44,069 nt of DNA. It comes from a virus (Duplodnaviria; Caudoviricetes). The notes under the pieces were generated by a model. The model was not told the origin of the DNA. It searched no databases and saw nothing but the letters and a program-made list of their open reading frames with translations. Location: IMG/VR virus record IMGVR_UViG_3300049043_000058, positions 1-44,069 of that record; one strand, written 5' to 3'. Position numbers and translations under genes: made by a program. This document shows, in pieces, positions 31,908 to 44,059 of the stretch; position 1 is the first letter of the stretch, and each line of letters opens with the position of its first letter.

Positions 31908-33009
31908 ATGAGATTCCACGTCGTAAGCACTACCACATACACAGACAACTAAAGATTTTGCAGGACTGTGCCTATACTGAAAAGGTACGACAGGTTCTGC
32001 AATATGATGAAGGGCTTAGGCCATACAGTCTATCTCTACGCTGGCGAGCAGAATGAAGCCAACGTAGATGAACTGATACCTTGCATCACTGAGACTCAGC
32101 GCAGGATCGTAGTAGGCAATAGACCTTATGTAGAAGCACCGTTTAATTACAAGTTACCGCACTGGCAGAAGTTCAATAAGAAGGCTATCAAGCGAAATAC
32201 GCAAGAGAGCTAGAACCGACAAGACTTTATCTGCTTGATTGCTGGCGCAAGTCATCAAGCCGATTGCAGATGGCTTTTACAAGTATCATATCAGTGTGGA
32301 GTTTGGAGTGGGATACTCTGGAGTATTTTCTAACTACAAAGTCTTTGAGTCCTACGCTTGGATGCACGCAGTCTATGCACAGTTCATAGAGATGCAGCAA
32401 CAGTAGATGGAATCGTTCTTTGATGCGGTGATTCCAGGTTATCTAGATCCTGAGATGTTCCCGCTGGGTAAAGGCAATGGAGATTATTACCTTTACATAG
32501 GAAGAATGATTCAACGCAAAGGCGTGGATATTGCAGCGCATATCTGCAAGACAATCGGTGCAAAGTTAATTCTTGCAGGTCCTGGCGAACATATCCCTAA
32601 CTATGGTGAATACATTGGAGCATGTAGGACCTGAGAAGCGTGCAGAGCTTGATGGGTGGAGCAATAGCAACCTTTGTCCCAACGCTTTACTTAGAACCAT
32701 TTGGCAATGTGAACATTGAGTCACAAGCCTGTGGAACTCCAGTGATTACAACAGACTGGGGTGCATTTACAGAAACTGTTGTAGAAGGTGTGACAGGTTA
32801 TAGATGCCGCAATGTAGAAGAATTTATTTTGGCAACACAGAATGTTAAGAACTTGGATAGGCAAGGCTATTAGAGATAGAGCGTTATCGCTCTACTCGGT
32901 AGATGTCATAGCCAAGCAATATGAATACTACTTCCACAGACTAGAGACCCTGTGGGGAGATGGCTGGTACACGGAAGGAAACAATGCCAACACTGGAGCA
33001 AATGATTGA
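31908..33009 (+). CDS. GT-B (GT4/RfaB-like) glycosyltransferase (frameshifted)
   Basis: MRFHVV...GLGHTVYLY...[16 protein letters not shown]...[37 protein letters not shown]. Confidence 0.88.
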
Positions 33010-33920
33010 CGAGGTGAGAGACTAACCTACAAGGTTATTCTCTTCGTCAAGATCGCATTACCTATGTAACCAACTCTGGCTGGTTTGACTACTACCAGCA
33101 ATTCTATAACTCAAGTCGGTTCAGCAGATAACCTTGCTAAAGGTCTGATTGAAATTGACGATGAACTTATCTGGATTGATTCCTTCAACAAGACAAACAA
33201 CACACTCAATGTACATGGGTGCTCCAACCAACCCTATTGGTCGTGGGTTCCAAGGAACTACTGCCATCACCACACGCTCAGATATGCTCAAGTAACTCTT
33301 GTCTCCAACCTTCCCACGAGTATCAATATCAAGAAGGCTATCAACGATACGATCCACAGCCTTTATCCTAAACTCTTTGCAGTATCATCAACAACCTTTA
33401 CCTTCAATGCATCACAGACAACTTACGCACTACCTGATGATGCTCGTGAAGTTCTGTATATGTCGTGGCAGACAACAGGCCCAAGCCTTGAATGGCTACC
33501 TATCAAGCGTTGGAGATTTGACCCACTGGCTAACGCTGCAACATTCAATACGCAGAAGACTGTCAATATCTATGAGAATATCCAACCTGGTAGAACTATC
33601 AAGGTTTGGTACACAACTGGTTCCAGATACACATGGATGACTACCACAGATGACTTCGTAGATGTCACAGGGCTTACCAGATTCCTGCCAAGATGTTATC
33701 GTCTATGGCGCTTCATATCGTCTGCTTTCATTCCTTGATGCTGGTCGTATCAATCTATCTAGCTGCTGAGGCTGACCTGAACGACACCAAGATTCCATCA
33801 ACTGCTGGCTCTGCTATGAGCAAGTATGTCTTTGCTCTGTTCCAACAGCGACTTGCAGGAAGAGGCCCTGAAGTTGTCTGATCAGTATCCCAATCATGCC
33901 TACATCTACACCAAGATAAG
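32984..33920 (+). CDS. putative tail tubular/adaptor protein (frameshifted)
   Basis: GLIEIDDELIW, IKKAINDTI, TTYALP; position before the tail fibre genes. Confidence 0.6.
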
Positions 33921-33929
33921 GAAGGGCTA

Positions 33930-34766
33930 ATGACCAGACAATACTCGTCGATTAGCGTTGAGACGACGCTTGCCTCAACAATATCGTCTAGCGCCACAAC
34001 AATGACTGTGGCAGCAGGAACTGGCTCTGCCTTACTAGGTGGAGTCACATTAGCAGCAGGTAACGTAGACCAGTTCACTGTTGCTCTTGACCCTGATACC
34101 ACCAATGAAGAAATCGTATTCATCACAGCTATCATCGAGTGATACATTCACAATCGTCACGAGCACGTGCTGGAACCTCTGCGTGTGCAACACACAGCAG
34201 GAGCAACAGTCAAGCACGTACTAACCAGCGATCGATTCTCAACGCATTCAAGTTGTCGATCTCGCCTGTAGCTAACTATGGGCTTTGCTGGTTCTACCTC
34301 TGGTAGCACAACAGTGCAAGCAACAGCAGTAGCAGGTACAACTACTCTGACACTGCCAGCAGCGACAGATACGCTGGTAGGTAAGGCAACAACCGATACG
34401 TTGACTAACAAGACACTTACCAGTCCAACTCTCAATACACCAACAATCAATGATGCCAAGCAGAACTTGACCTTGAATGCCCAGACTGGAACTACATACA
34501 CCTTTGTCCTTGCCGACAATGGCAAGTTGGTTACTCTTGATAATGCTTCAGCCATAACAGTAACTGTGCCGACTAATTCATCTGTTGCATACGCAACAGG
34601 AGCAATCATCAACATTCAACAGATTGGTGCAGGCCAAGTTACTGTGGCTGGAGCAGGTGGTGTGACTCTCAATGGCACTGGTACCAAGACCCGCGCTCAA
34701 TGGTCTGCAGCAGCCTTGTCAAGACAGCAACAGATACGTGGACCTTGATTGGAGATATCAGCCTAA
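33930..34766 (+). CDS. tail fibre protein (frameshifted)
   Basis: ALDPDTTNEEIV N-domain, TDTLTNKTLTSP repeat, C-terminal NAQTGTTYTFVLAD...QIGAGQVT domain. Confidence 0.72.
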
Positions 34767-35098
34767 TGCCAACAGCTATAAAGTTCTAGGACAGTCAGCG
34801 CCTACGGCTGCGACAGCAACAACGCTGTAGACCGTACCGGCTTCTACTTCAACCATTGTCTCAACTATCAACGTGGTCAATACCCACGCATCGACTGCTC
34901 GATGTCATTCGTATTGCGGTACGACCAGCAGGTGCGACGCTGGCAAACCAGCATTACATCGTCTATGGAGTTTCGTTGAGTGCTGGCGCTACATTCACAT
35001 ACACAGGTGGCGTAACCTTGGCTACCACAGATGTTGTGACAGTATATTCAACAAACGGTACAAGTTCGTTCAATGCCTTCGGAAGCGAGATTTCATAA
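34766..35098 (+). CDS. small virion protein
   Basis: YKVLGQSAP...RIAVRPAGATLANQHYI...SFNAFGSEIS*. Confidence 0.62.
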
Positions 35099-35519
35099 TG
35101 GCCGTTGATATCACACCCAATCCCAACATCGTAGGACCGACTGGACCTACAGGACCTACTGGCTCTACCGGTGCAGCAGGTGCTACCGGTGCCTCTGGCA
35201 TCAACCTTGCTGGGCTTTAATGCCCAGACTGGTACCACTTACACACTTGTCGTCGGTGATAAGGACAAGATTGTAACCTCATCAATGCCTCAGCCATCAC
35301 CGTCACCGTCCCACCGTCAGTCTTTAGCGCCAATGACATCATCAATGTCCAGCAAATCGGCGGCAGGTCAGGTGACTTTTGCCGCCTGGCGCTGGCGCGA
35401 CGATTACCTTTAACGGTGCAACATCGGCTGCTCCTAAACTGCGAGCGCAGTACTCGGCTTGCTCAGTTATCTGTTCGGCAAAGAAATACTCTTTACCGTG
35501 ATTGGAAGACATTTCCTAA
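35098..35519 (+). CDS. short collagen stretch + NAQTGTTYTL-domain fibre protein
   Basis: [10 protein letters not shown] followed by a second copy of the domain in 33930-34766. Confidence 0.62.
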
Positions 35520-36098
35520 TGGCACCGATTTGGTATTTGGGCATCATCAAAGTTGGCGGGTGTGCAAGGCTCCTGACCGATCCATCGCCGACAGTAGACA
35601 CTGAGTAGTCATACAGACAAGTATTTCATTTACCTCGATTAGCAGCGTGACGTGGATACCGATTTAGAACTCCGTTGCTTTGTTCTGTATGAAGTCGCTC
35701 TGATGCTGCTGATAATACGGGCGTTCAATTTAATAGCGATACGGCAACAAATTATATCTTGGCACAATGTTCGTGGAAGATGGTCCAGGTGTCGGAGTAG
35801 AAAACGGCACATCTGGTTCACAGATGTAATATCAATGATTTGGCTGGAAATACGGCAACTCCCGGGATTTCTGGTGGCGGGATGATAGATAGTTCCGATG
35901 ATGCAGATACTAATAAATATAAAACTATTCGAGTTTTATCAGGTAACTGATAGAGAAAACGGTGCTGGTGGAAGAGCATTTTTGTCTGGAAACTGGCGCT
36001 CCACTTCTGCCATTTCAAGCATCAGCTCTGTAGCGGGCGTTATGGTTGCTGGTTCATATTTCAGTGTTCAACTGGTTGCCCTGGTACGGAATCAATGA
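35519..36098 (+). CDS. tail-associated Ser/Thr-rich protein, paralog 1 (poor sequence quality)
   Basis: SGNWRSTSAISSI...YGI C-terminus. Confidence 0.5.
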
Positions 36099-36113
36099 AA
36101 GGAGCCTAAAATC

Positions 36114-36605
36114 ATGCCAGCAACATACGAGCCACCATAGCAACGACAACGCTGAGGTAGCGCGCAATCGAAGCGTTACATTTTCTAGCATTAGTGGTAG
36201 CTATACGGATTTGGTTGTTATTCGTAGTATTAAAGGAAAACAGCGCGAATATAGGTTGTGCATTACAACTTAACGGAATACAGGTAGCGATTATCCTAAC
36301 ACTCGTACTATTGGCGACGGTTCAACTGCAACCAGCGCACGTTCATCTAGTGAAGCGCGTATGTATATCAACGCAACAGGAACTGCAACAGGTCAGCAGC
36401 AATTTATTATGGCTACCTAACTATGCCAACTCCACAACCTACAAAACGATGCTAGTTCGGCACGACGTAGCCAATCAAGAAACTGTGGCGACGCGTTGGG
36501 TTGTGGCGTTCTACTTCTGCAATCAGCACGATTCTGATTCAGACCGATTCATCAACCTTCACCTCTGGCTCAACCTTCGCCCTCTACGGCATCAAGGCTG
36601 CCTGA
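36114..36605 (+). CDS. tail-associated Ser/Thr-rich protein, paralog 2
   Basis: MPATYEPIATTTL..SVTFSSISGSYTDLV...NYANSTTYKT...FALYGIKAA*. Confidence 0.62.
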
Positions 36606-36609
36606 CCTT

Positions 36610-37051
36610 ATGCCTCGCGGAGACTTTAGCAAGCTTGAACACTGCGCAATAAACGACTGCAAGAAAAACCATATTGCAAGAGTGTATGTGTCAAATGCAC
36701 TATCGCAGATGGTCCATCTATGGCGATGCTGATTTTGTAAAAAACATTGGTCGCAAGTACGACTATGCAAATGGATATGTACAGATCCTGACCGTCAAAG
36801 GCGATGGTAATAAAGGCAAATACGTTTATGAACATCGCCTGATAACGGAAGAGCATTCAGGAAGATCCTTACAAACGTACGAATCAGTACGGCATAACAA
36901 TGGTGCAAAAGACGACAACAGGATAGAAAATCTTGAACTATGGTCAAAGGCACCAGCGTGGCTGGTCAGCGAGCGGAGGACTAAAGTGAGGTACGCGGTA
37001 GAGGTCCTTGAGCAATATGCTCCTGAACTTTTATCCACCGAGAAAGCATAA
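36610..37051 (+). CDS. HNH homing-type endonuclease 1
   Basis: C..NDC..MCQMHYRRW Zn module; YEHRL..EEH.GR.L...V.H.NG.KDDNRIENLELW. Confidence 0.85.
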
Positions 37052-37060
37052 GGAGATACT

Positions 37061-37584
37061 ATGGCAAATACTTGATGTAGCAATAGCAACTGTGACTGTG
37101 GGTTCAGGCGGGGCCGAGAACGATTGACTTTTCTAGCATTCCCGCAACCTGTACGGACCTATCAGTGAAACTATCTACGAGAAGCAGTCAAGCCTCTGGG
37201 TCTGACTATGTTTATTTACAATTCAATAGCTGTACAAGCTACCAGCAATTATCAAGGTATATTTTTACGCGGTAACGGCTCAACTGTCGCTTCATCTTCT
37301 AATACAGCCGAAGGTAAAATTAGCAGCAATTACTACAACAAGCGGTGAAACAACAAGTACATTCTCAAACTGCGAAATTTATATTCCTAACTACACAAGC
37401 AGTAACAATAAAAGTACAAGTTCTGATTGGGTTCCAGAAAATAACGCGACCGCAACATTTATGGGCATTACTGCTGGTTTATGGACTCAAACTAGCGCAA
37501 TTACATCAATGCAGTTGAGTCTGGAGTTCAGGTAGTTTTGTCCAATACTCAACCGCAACCCTTTACGGAATAAAGTCAAGTTGA
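37061..37584 (+). CDS. tail-associated Ser/Thr-rich protein, paralog 3
   Basis: AIATVTVGSGG..IDFSSIP..YTDL...EIYIPNY...TSAITS...STATLYGIKSS*. Confidence 0.62.
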
Positions 37585-37586
37585 TT

Positions 37587-37595
37587 TGATATAAT
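37587..37595 (+). promoter_or_regulatory. extended -10 promoter, leaderless, for HNH 2
   Basis: TG-A-TATAAT with 6 nt to the ATG at 37602 and no SD. Confidence 0.6.
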
Positions 37596-37601
37596 AATCC
37601 T

Positions 37602-38159
37602 ATGCCTTATAGCAATGATTATGTATGTACAGTAAATGGTTGTGAACGCAGTCGTAGAACTAAACTATATTGCCCAACACATAATGCAAGATTCAGAAAA
37701 TATGAAATCCTTTAGGTCTAGCCCCGCGTAAAAATCGTATCTGTGAAATAGATGGATGTGAAAAGAAACATATAGCAAAAGGTATGTGTCAGATGCACTA
37801 CAGAAGATTTTGTTTATATGGTGATGCAAATGCTAGACCAGGAAAACAAAGAAGTAATAGAACTGAAATATCGTAGGCGGAATTGAAAACTCTATGAACC
37901 AGAAAATCCAAATTTAATGGTGATGGATATATCTTAGAACATAGAAAGAATGGCTCTCTACAGCCAGGCAGACCATTACTTAGTTCAGAACAAGTCCATC
38001 ACAAAAAATGGGAATAGGCAAGACAATAGACCAGAGAACCTAGAACTATGGTCTGTCCGTCAACCTTCAGGTCAAAAGATTGAAGACAAAGTTCAGCACG
38101 CCATAGAGATATTAGAAACTTACGCCCCTCAATTACTAAGGAGAAACAATGCCAACTAA
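37602..38159 (+). CDS. HNH homing-type endonuclease 2 (frameshifted)
   Basis: two C....C...C..H modules, ILEHR, HHKNGNRQDNRPENLELWS..QPSGQ. Confidence 0.82.
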
Positions 38160-38374
38160 ACTCGTAGTGGACTGCTCCACAGGTATCTCAACTGAGGTAG
38201 AACTTACCGGCAGAAGAGATTGCTCAGATGGAAGCAGACGCACAAGCAGCCGCAGAAGCAAAGGCTGCCGAAGAAGCAGCAGCACAAGCAGCAGCAGAAG
38301 CCAAGGCTTCAGCACAGTCCAAACTTGCTGCTCTAGGTTTGACCGCAGAAGAAATCGCAGCCCTTTCTAAGTAA
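38149..38374 (+). CDS. small Ala-rich tail fibre accessory protein
   Basis: VVDCSTG..TEVELT.EEIAQME...AKASAQSKLAALGLTAEEIAAL. Confidence 0.6.
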
Positions 38375-38385
38375 GGAGTGGATCC

Positions 38386-40658
38386 TTGGCACCTTATGGC
38401 GACGACATCACTGAAGGAATTCCCTACGTACTGTCTAACCCTGCTGGCTCAACTAACTATCAAGCCACAGGAGTTTCTTACGATGTAGCCATCAATGGTC
38501 TGCCATTCTTCTTGGCAGCCAGTGATGATTCACCGTATCGCCGTGTCACTGCTCAGTACCGTAAGCAACAGTATGACCAGACCCGTGAGGCTGGCGAGCA
38601 GTCTCTTACTGGTTGGTGGTTTAGATCGCAGTCATCATTTCATCTAGGTCAAGGCATCAAATACTTTGAGCCTGCTCAAGATGAAGGTACTGCGCTTCCA
38701 ATACACCGAATCCAAAGGGTTAGATGTCTGGACTAAAGGACAAGTCAAGTCTTATCTATGATGTAGACCCTACTCACTTATGACAACTGCTGCAATCGAA
38801 GTCTAACGGTAGACCTAGGGCAACATCTTACGTTCTATCAAGTGGACTCAGAAGCAGGCAATACCTATGATGGCTGCTTAATGCTTGATGGTTATGACCT
38901 TGACAAGATTTATCCAACCATAACGGCATGCGTTACTAACAAGGCTTTGACATCCAACGTAGCCACACTGACGACCAGCGCTGCTCACGGACTTGCTGTT
39001 GGTATGGAGATGGTAGTTACTGGCGTAGATGCCACCTTCAATGGTACCTATACCATCACTGCAGTACCGTACCAGCACTACACTTGTCCTATGCTAAGAC
39101 TGCATCTAATGTAGCCTCACACGGCTTCTACAGGAACTGTAACCAGCAGCGTACTGCACTTTGTAGACTACACATCGCTGGTACTGACTACCCAGTTTAT
39201 GCCTACTGCGATGATGGTGTCTATGCCTACTGGATACGCGCTAATTGATGATGCTGGTACTAATAAGACTGGCAATGTACAAGAAGTTGCTCACATGACT
39301 GATGACAGACTGTATCGCATACCTCAGATGTGGAAGACTCATCGGTCTGATGGTAACAGATGCGGTAATGGAGTTCACCAAAGAACGTATCGTTGCCTGT
39401 ATCAACAACAAGGTTTATGAAATTTCTAACTACAGCAACTGCTCTACCTACTGCTGTCTATACCCACCCAGTAGATGACTTTGTTTATACCAGCATCACA
39501 TCAAGCGGTGCTGCTATCTATGTAACAGGTTATTCAGGTAGCCAATCCAATATCCAGAAGTTCACACTTGGCATCTAATGGAACTATGCCTACTCTGACT
39601 AGCGCTATTACTGCAGCAGAGATGCCTAGCGGTGAACTCATCTATCAGTATTTATTACTACCTTGGCTATATGCTCATTGGAACTAGCCATTGGTGTACG
39701 AGTAGCTGCGGTATCTGATGATGGATCTCATTGCTTATGGCCCATTAGTATTTGAATCAGAGCAACCAGTCTATGACTTTGCTGCTCGTGGTCAAGCTAT
39801 GTCTGGTGTGCTACCAACGTTGATGGTGCTCCTGGAACTACTCGTATTGATCTTGGAACTCAGATATGCTACGTTGGTATTTCCTTATGCTTGGGATACC
39901 TACTACTACCCAGAGTCTGCAGGTAGCAGGATAACGGGTCGCGTATACTACAGCCTGTGCTTTTATCGATGGAACTGAACGTATTGCTTTTACAACTAAC
40001 TACAAAGATACAAATGGTTCTGTTTATATTGAATCTGCTACAACCTCTATGTATGGCAGGGATATCTACGTACAGGCTTTATTCGTTACAACACTCTTAG
40101 AAGTCAAGCTCTTTAAGTTTATCCTGCCTCACGTATTGATACCACCAATGGTGGTCTAGAATGTCTATTCGATTGACTATAGCATGATACTGAGTATCTG
40201 ATTGGTTCTATGCTCACAGGCGACTACGTTGCTGAAATTGGTATCCCGCTATCCAGTCGGAGCACAGGAATATCTTAGGATTCAAGTTTCGTCTTGACCG
40301 CTCTAGCAACTAGCGATACTGCTGGTCCACTATTTACTGGCTACCAACTCAAAGCTTTGCCAGCTGTCCCACGTCAACGCTTTATCCAATATCCAGCTCT
40401 TCTGCTATGACCACGAGAAGCAGATAAGTTCGGAGTCGCAGGTTGGCTATGAAGGATCTGCTTGGGCAACGAATGCAGCAATTAGAAGCAGTAGAAAACG
40501 CAGGCGATACCATCCGAATAGAAGATTTCCGTACTGGTGAGTCCTATATTGGCCTGATTGAAGAGATGGATTTCATCAACCGCACACCACAAGACAAGAG
40601 GTTCTCAGGCTTTGGCGGAACCTTAGTTGTCACTATTAGACCGTACAGGAGCGTGTAA
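38386..40658 (+). CDS. large tail (tubular B/nozzle-like) protein (frameshifted)
   Basis: YDVAINGLPF...RKQQYDQTREAGEQSLTGWW.RSQSSFH.GQGI...GFGGTLVVTIR. Confidence 0.68.
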
Positions 40659-40863
40659 ATGACCACTAGCAGACTGGGCAATGCTCGTTGCCACCATCCT
40701 TGGAATAGCCTCGACTGTACTGATGGGTCTACGGTGGCTAGTCAAATCATTCTTGTATGAACTCAAGCCCAATGGCGGGTCATCTATGAAGGACAAAGTA
40801 AATGCCTTAGAAGAAAAAGTAGATTTACTTACTGAGTTAGTCAAAGAAGCGTTGAGGAGATGA
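40659..40863 (+). CDS. membrane protein of the lysis module (holin-like)
   Basis: one TM segment then ELKPNGGSSMKDKV, a motif typical of actinophage membrane proteins. Confidence 0.65.
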
Positions 40864-40866
40864 CCA

Positions 40867-41357
40867 ATGAAACCTGTTGCAAAGACGTGCAACACCTGCT
40901 GCTATTGCCGTTCTACGGCAGGCAACTGCGCTTGTACCCAAGCGCAAGAAGGCATCGGATGGCCTGCTACCAAGCAAGGCTCACATCAAGCCAAAATCCT
41001 AACTCAGACCACAACACAGGTCTTGCAGTAGACTTAACCCACGACCCACATAATGGGATTGATTGTGGTGATATCTACGAGAAACTCAAGGCATGACAAG
41101 CGAGTTTCATATCTGATTTTTAGTGGACGTATCTGGTCTGCAGAACGCGGTGACCGCGACTACAGCAGGACCGAATAAACACGTCAAGCATCTACATATT
41201 TCCATCAAAGCAGCATCAGCGCTATTGACACCAGTCCTTGGTTTCCTTGGTCATAAACCGAAATGGAATACGCCCGACGCCTGCTGGCTTGGCATAGGCC
41301 AAGGTCACAACGAAGCCTAAGAAGAAAGAAGTAACCCAAGTCCGAAGGAGGCACTAA
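40867..41357 (+). CDS. endolysin, Zn-peptidase (M15-like) (frameshifted)
   Basis: SDGLLPS.AH...SDHNTGLAVDLTHDP...H.KHLHISI. Confidence 0.72.
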
Positions 41358-41545
41358 TGACAAGAACGACTCAAGCAAGTATCGCTGACTTGGTTCCGCG
41401 CTGCAGCATCTGCTGCTATTGCGTCTGTACCTAGCAGGCGAAACCGATGCTCAAGAAGTCTTGGAACTGCAGCACTTGCTGGATTCCTTGGACCAGTACT
41501 GAAGTGGCTAGATCCATCAGCCTAACAGAGTTCGGACGTAAGTAG
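41357..41545 (+). CDS. holin
   Basis: TWFRAAASAAIA.YLAGETD...AALAGFLGPVLKWLDP..EFGRK. Confidence 0.7.
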
Positions 41546-41567
41546 TTTGTAAGAGCGCTGCGAGGAA

Positions 41568-41603
41568 AGGCCCTGTCACCGAAAGGTGATGGGGCCTCTT
41601 TTT
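41568..41603. terminator. rho-independent terminator closing the late region
   Basis: AGGCCCTGTCACC-GAAA-GGTGATGGGGCCT-CTTTTT between convergent genes. Confidence 0.85.
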
Positions 41604-41607
41604 GCAT

Positions 41608-41825
41608 TTATACGGAAACTCCGTAGCTCGGTATGGAGAAACCCGACAACCTTGCGTATCTTGCGAGTGTCTTTGAATTCTGTGGTAGCTGGCATCCAGC
41701 GCTCAGACCAGACAGGTTCTGGTACTTTGAAGAACTCAAAGGCCCACTTGCCAGCAGGCGTAGAGTCGATAGACCAAGGCTCAGGTTTGGTGCACTTGGC
41801 TTCGATTATCAGCCTGTCATATTTA
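41608..41825 (-). CDS. C-terminal part of a conserved phage protein, cut by the junction
   Basis: manual translation YDRLIIEAK..EPW.I.STPAG.WAF..FKVPEPVWSERWMPATTEFKDTRKIRKVVGFLH. Confidence 0.6.
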
Positions 41826-43133
41826 GATACACCTACACATGCGCAGGCGCATAAATGACAAAGCAGTAATAACCGGGGTGGAGCTCTGCCAGGGGTGCTT
41901 GACCAAGGTGCTGTGAGGAGTTGGTCTGTTCCGCCTCAGCAGGGAGGTGTCCCTCTGCCGGAGCTCCCTGGGAGGGACTGGCCTGGGGATCCGAGGACCA
42001 GCTTCCGCAGGCCTGCAGCTCCGCTGATCTTCATTTGCTCCTCTGAGCATCCATCAACTCTGTTGCGGTGGAGTTTCTCAAGCTGAGCAACCAGGAACAA
42101 ATCAGAGATGTCACCCTATGAGGCAGAAGACCAGGCCATCCCAGGCACGCTTTGGCGGGGGGGGGTGGGTTCAAGATCAATTCAAAATATGAAGTTTTTG
42201 CAAGCCTTGTGAGCCTGTTGTAAAACTAAGCTGCACCGGAATAGAAGCCTACGGCCAGCACTGCGCCAAACATCGGATCTTGCTGGGTGCCGAAAGGCTC
42301 TCGCCTCTCACATGCAATGAGGAAGGAAAGGAACATGACATCGAGAGCCACAGCCACTGAGCATAGGAAGTGCACTCTGCGCTCCGTCATGAAGATAAAA
42401 TTTTAGTGAAGTTGTTCTGTATAGTACCACGGAGAAGAGGTGTTCCTACGCCTCTTCTTGTGCTCTTAATAATCTTCTTTGTAACAACAGTCAGAGAGAT
42501 ACTCCGACTTACTGGCTGTCGAACTGCGCTTTGTAAATACCAGTGAAAGAAATTTTCATCTGTCTCCTTGGCTTGGGATAGATTCCTCTGTTACACACTA
42601 ATTTCATACTCCATGACTGCTTGCATCTTGGTTACATTGTTCTCAGATCGCCCGTCCATGAGGATCGAAACATCCTCATTCACAGATTTCGTTGCTAGCT
42701 GTAAGCAGCAAGACCTACTCCACATTGGTTGGTTCCGGCTTGCAGAAATCTGGTTTGTAAACGTGGGACCACCACCCGAAGTTTCAAGAAACATATGTAT
42801 GTAAAGCAGCAGACCTCCCACATTACTCTGTTTCGAAACTGGGCGTTTGGCTGGCGCGCTACTATCTCCCAATCGCCGTTGACTTCTTTCCGCACTGTGC
42901 GCTTTTCAGTTGCTGAGCAGGTGCATTCACTTCAACAATGCTAAAATTGAATAAAGATATTATTCTTAGATTAGTGTTCTCGGAACATTAGCCTCTGTTC
43001 TCTGTCACTGTAGTCTTTGCCCACCCTACGCTTCTTGATGCTGGACGGCTGTGAGATTCTTACTGCCTGCTGGGAAAATCGGCTACTGGCGGGAGACAAA
43101 AGGCAGGCGCGCATACAGGCACGCACAAGCATG

Positions 43134-43324
<191 letters not shown>

Positions 43325-43711
43325 CCATGTCAGAAGCCACACACACTAGTCATTGATGAAGCGTCTAAACACCTCAGGAAGATGGCCACAGCAACATACA
43401 GATCGCTTTTACGCATCAGAATCTCAGCTGCCTGTTTCCCCAGAGGCGCATAACAGAAAGACATGCCCAAACTTCTCCTCATACATCCTGTTGCATTGTG
43501 CAAGCTCCTACACCCCAGAACCGCCAGATCTGTTCCACGCTGCTGAAAGAAGATAAGGCCTGGAACTACATGAGACCTTACTCCCATTGGAGCTGCATTG
43601 GTAGCACACGGGTCTGCTACCCCAATTCTACTCCCATGCATCCCACCCAAACAAAGGCCTCGTTCTTTGCACCCCTCCAACACACATATCAACAGCACTG
43701 TCACAGCGCGT

Positions 43712-43797
<86 letters not shown>

Positions 43798-43940
43798 GGT
43801 CAGCATGAAAACAACAGAGGGGTTGCTGTTTTGCGCACGGGCGCTCATGTGTTCCTTAAACCCCACCCCTTCTTCTTCTCATCTGTGCATGCGTTTGTGC
43901 GCTCCCGATGTGTCGGGGTGGGGTGGGGTGTGTATGCGGG

Positions 43941-44027
<87 letters not shown>

Positions 44028-44036
44028 CGTGTATAT

Positions 44037-44059
44037 AGCAATACTAACTGAACCAAGTA
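44037..44059 (-). other. Oxford Nanopore adapter remnant at the read end
   Basis: AGCAATAC-TAACTGAACCAAGTA versus adapter reverse complement AGCAATACGTAACTGAACGAAGTA. Confidence 0.88.

Larger units (their letters stand above)
3326..41825. mobile_element. large part of a podovirus-like phage genome, probably infecting freshwater Actinobacteria
   Basis: ordered replication, early, packaging, virion and lysis modules; no tape measure, sheath or integrase seen; host inferred from gene content and motifs. Confidence 0.85.

Noticed and set aside
35519-37584. DGR template/variable repeat pair among the tail paralogs
   Set aside because: Similarity is only at protein-motif level; no near-identical repeat with adenine-specific differences and no RT
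3326-41825. Mass pseudogenisation, programmed frameshifting or an alternative genetic code
   Set aside because: Breaks are scattered 1-2 nt indels even in essential genes (terminase, portal, capsid) and genes end at ordinary stops, as expected for single-read error
41586-41858. Plus-strand ORFs after the terminator
   Set aside because: Antisense to a phage-like minus-strand gene fragment and they run across the chimeric junction
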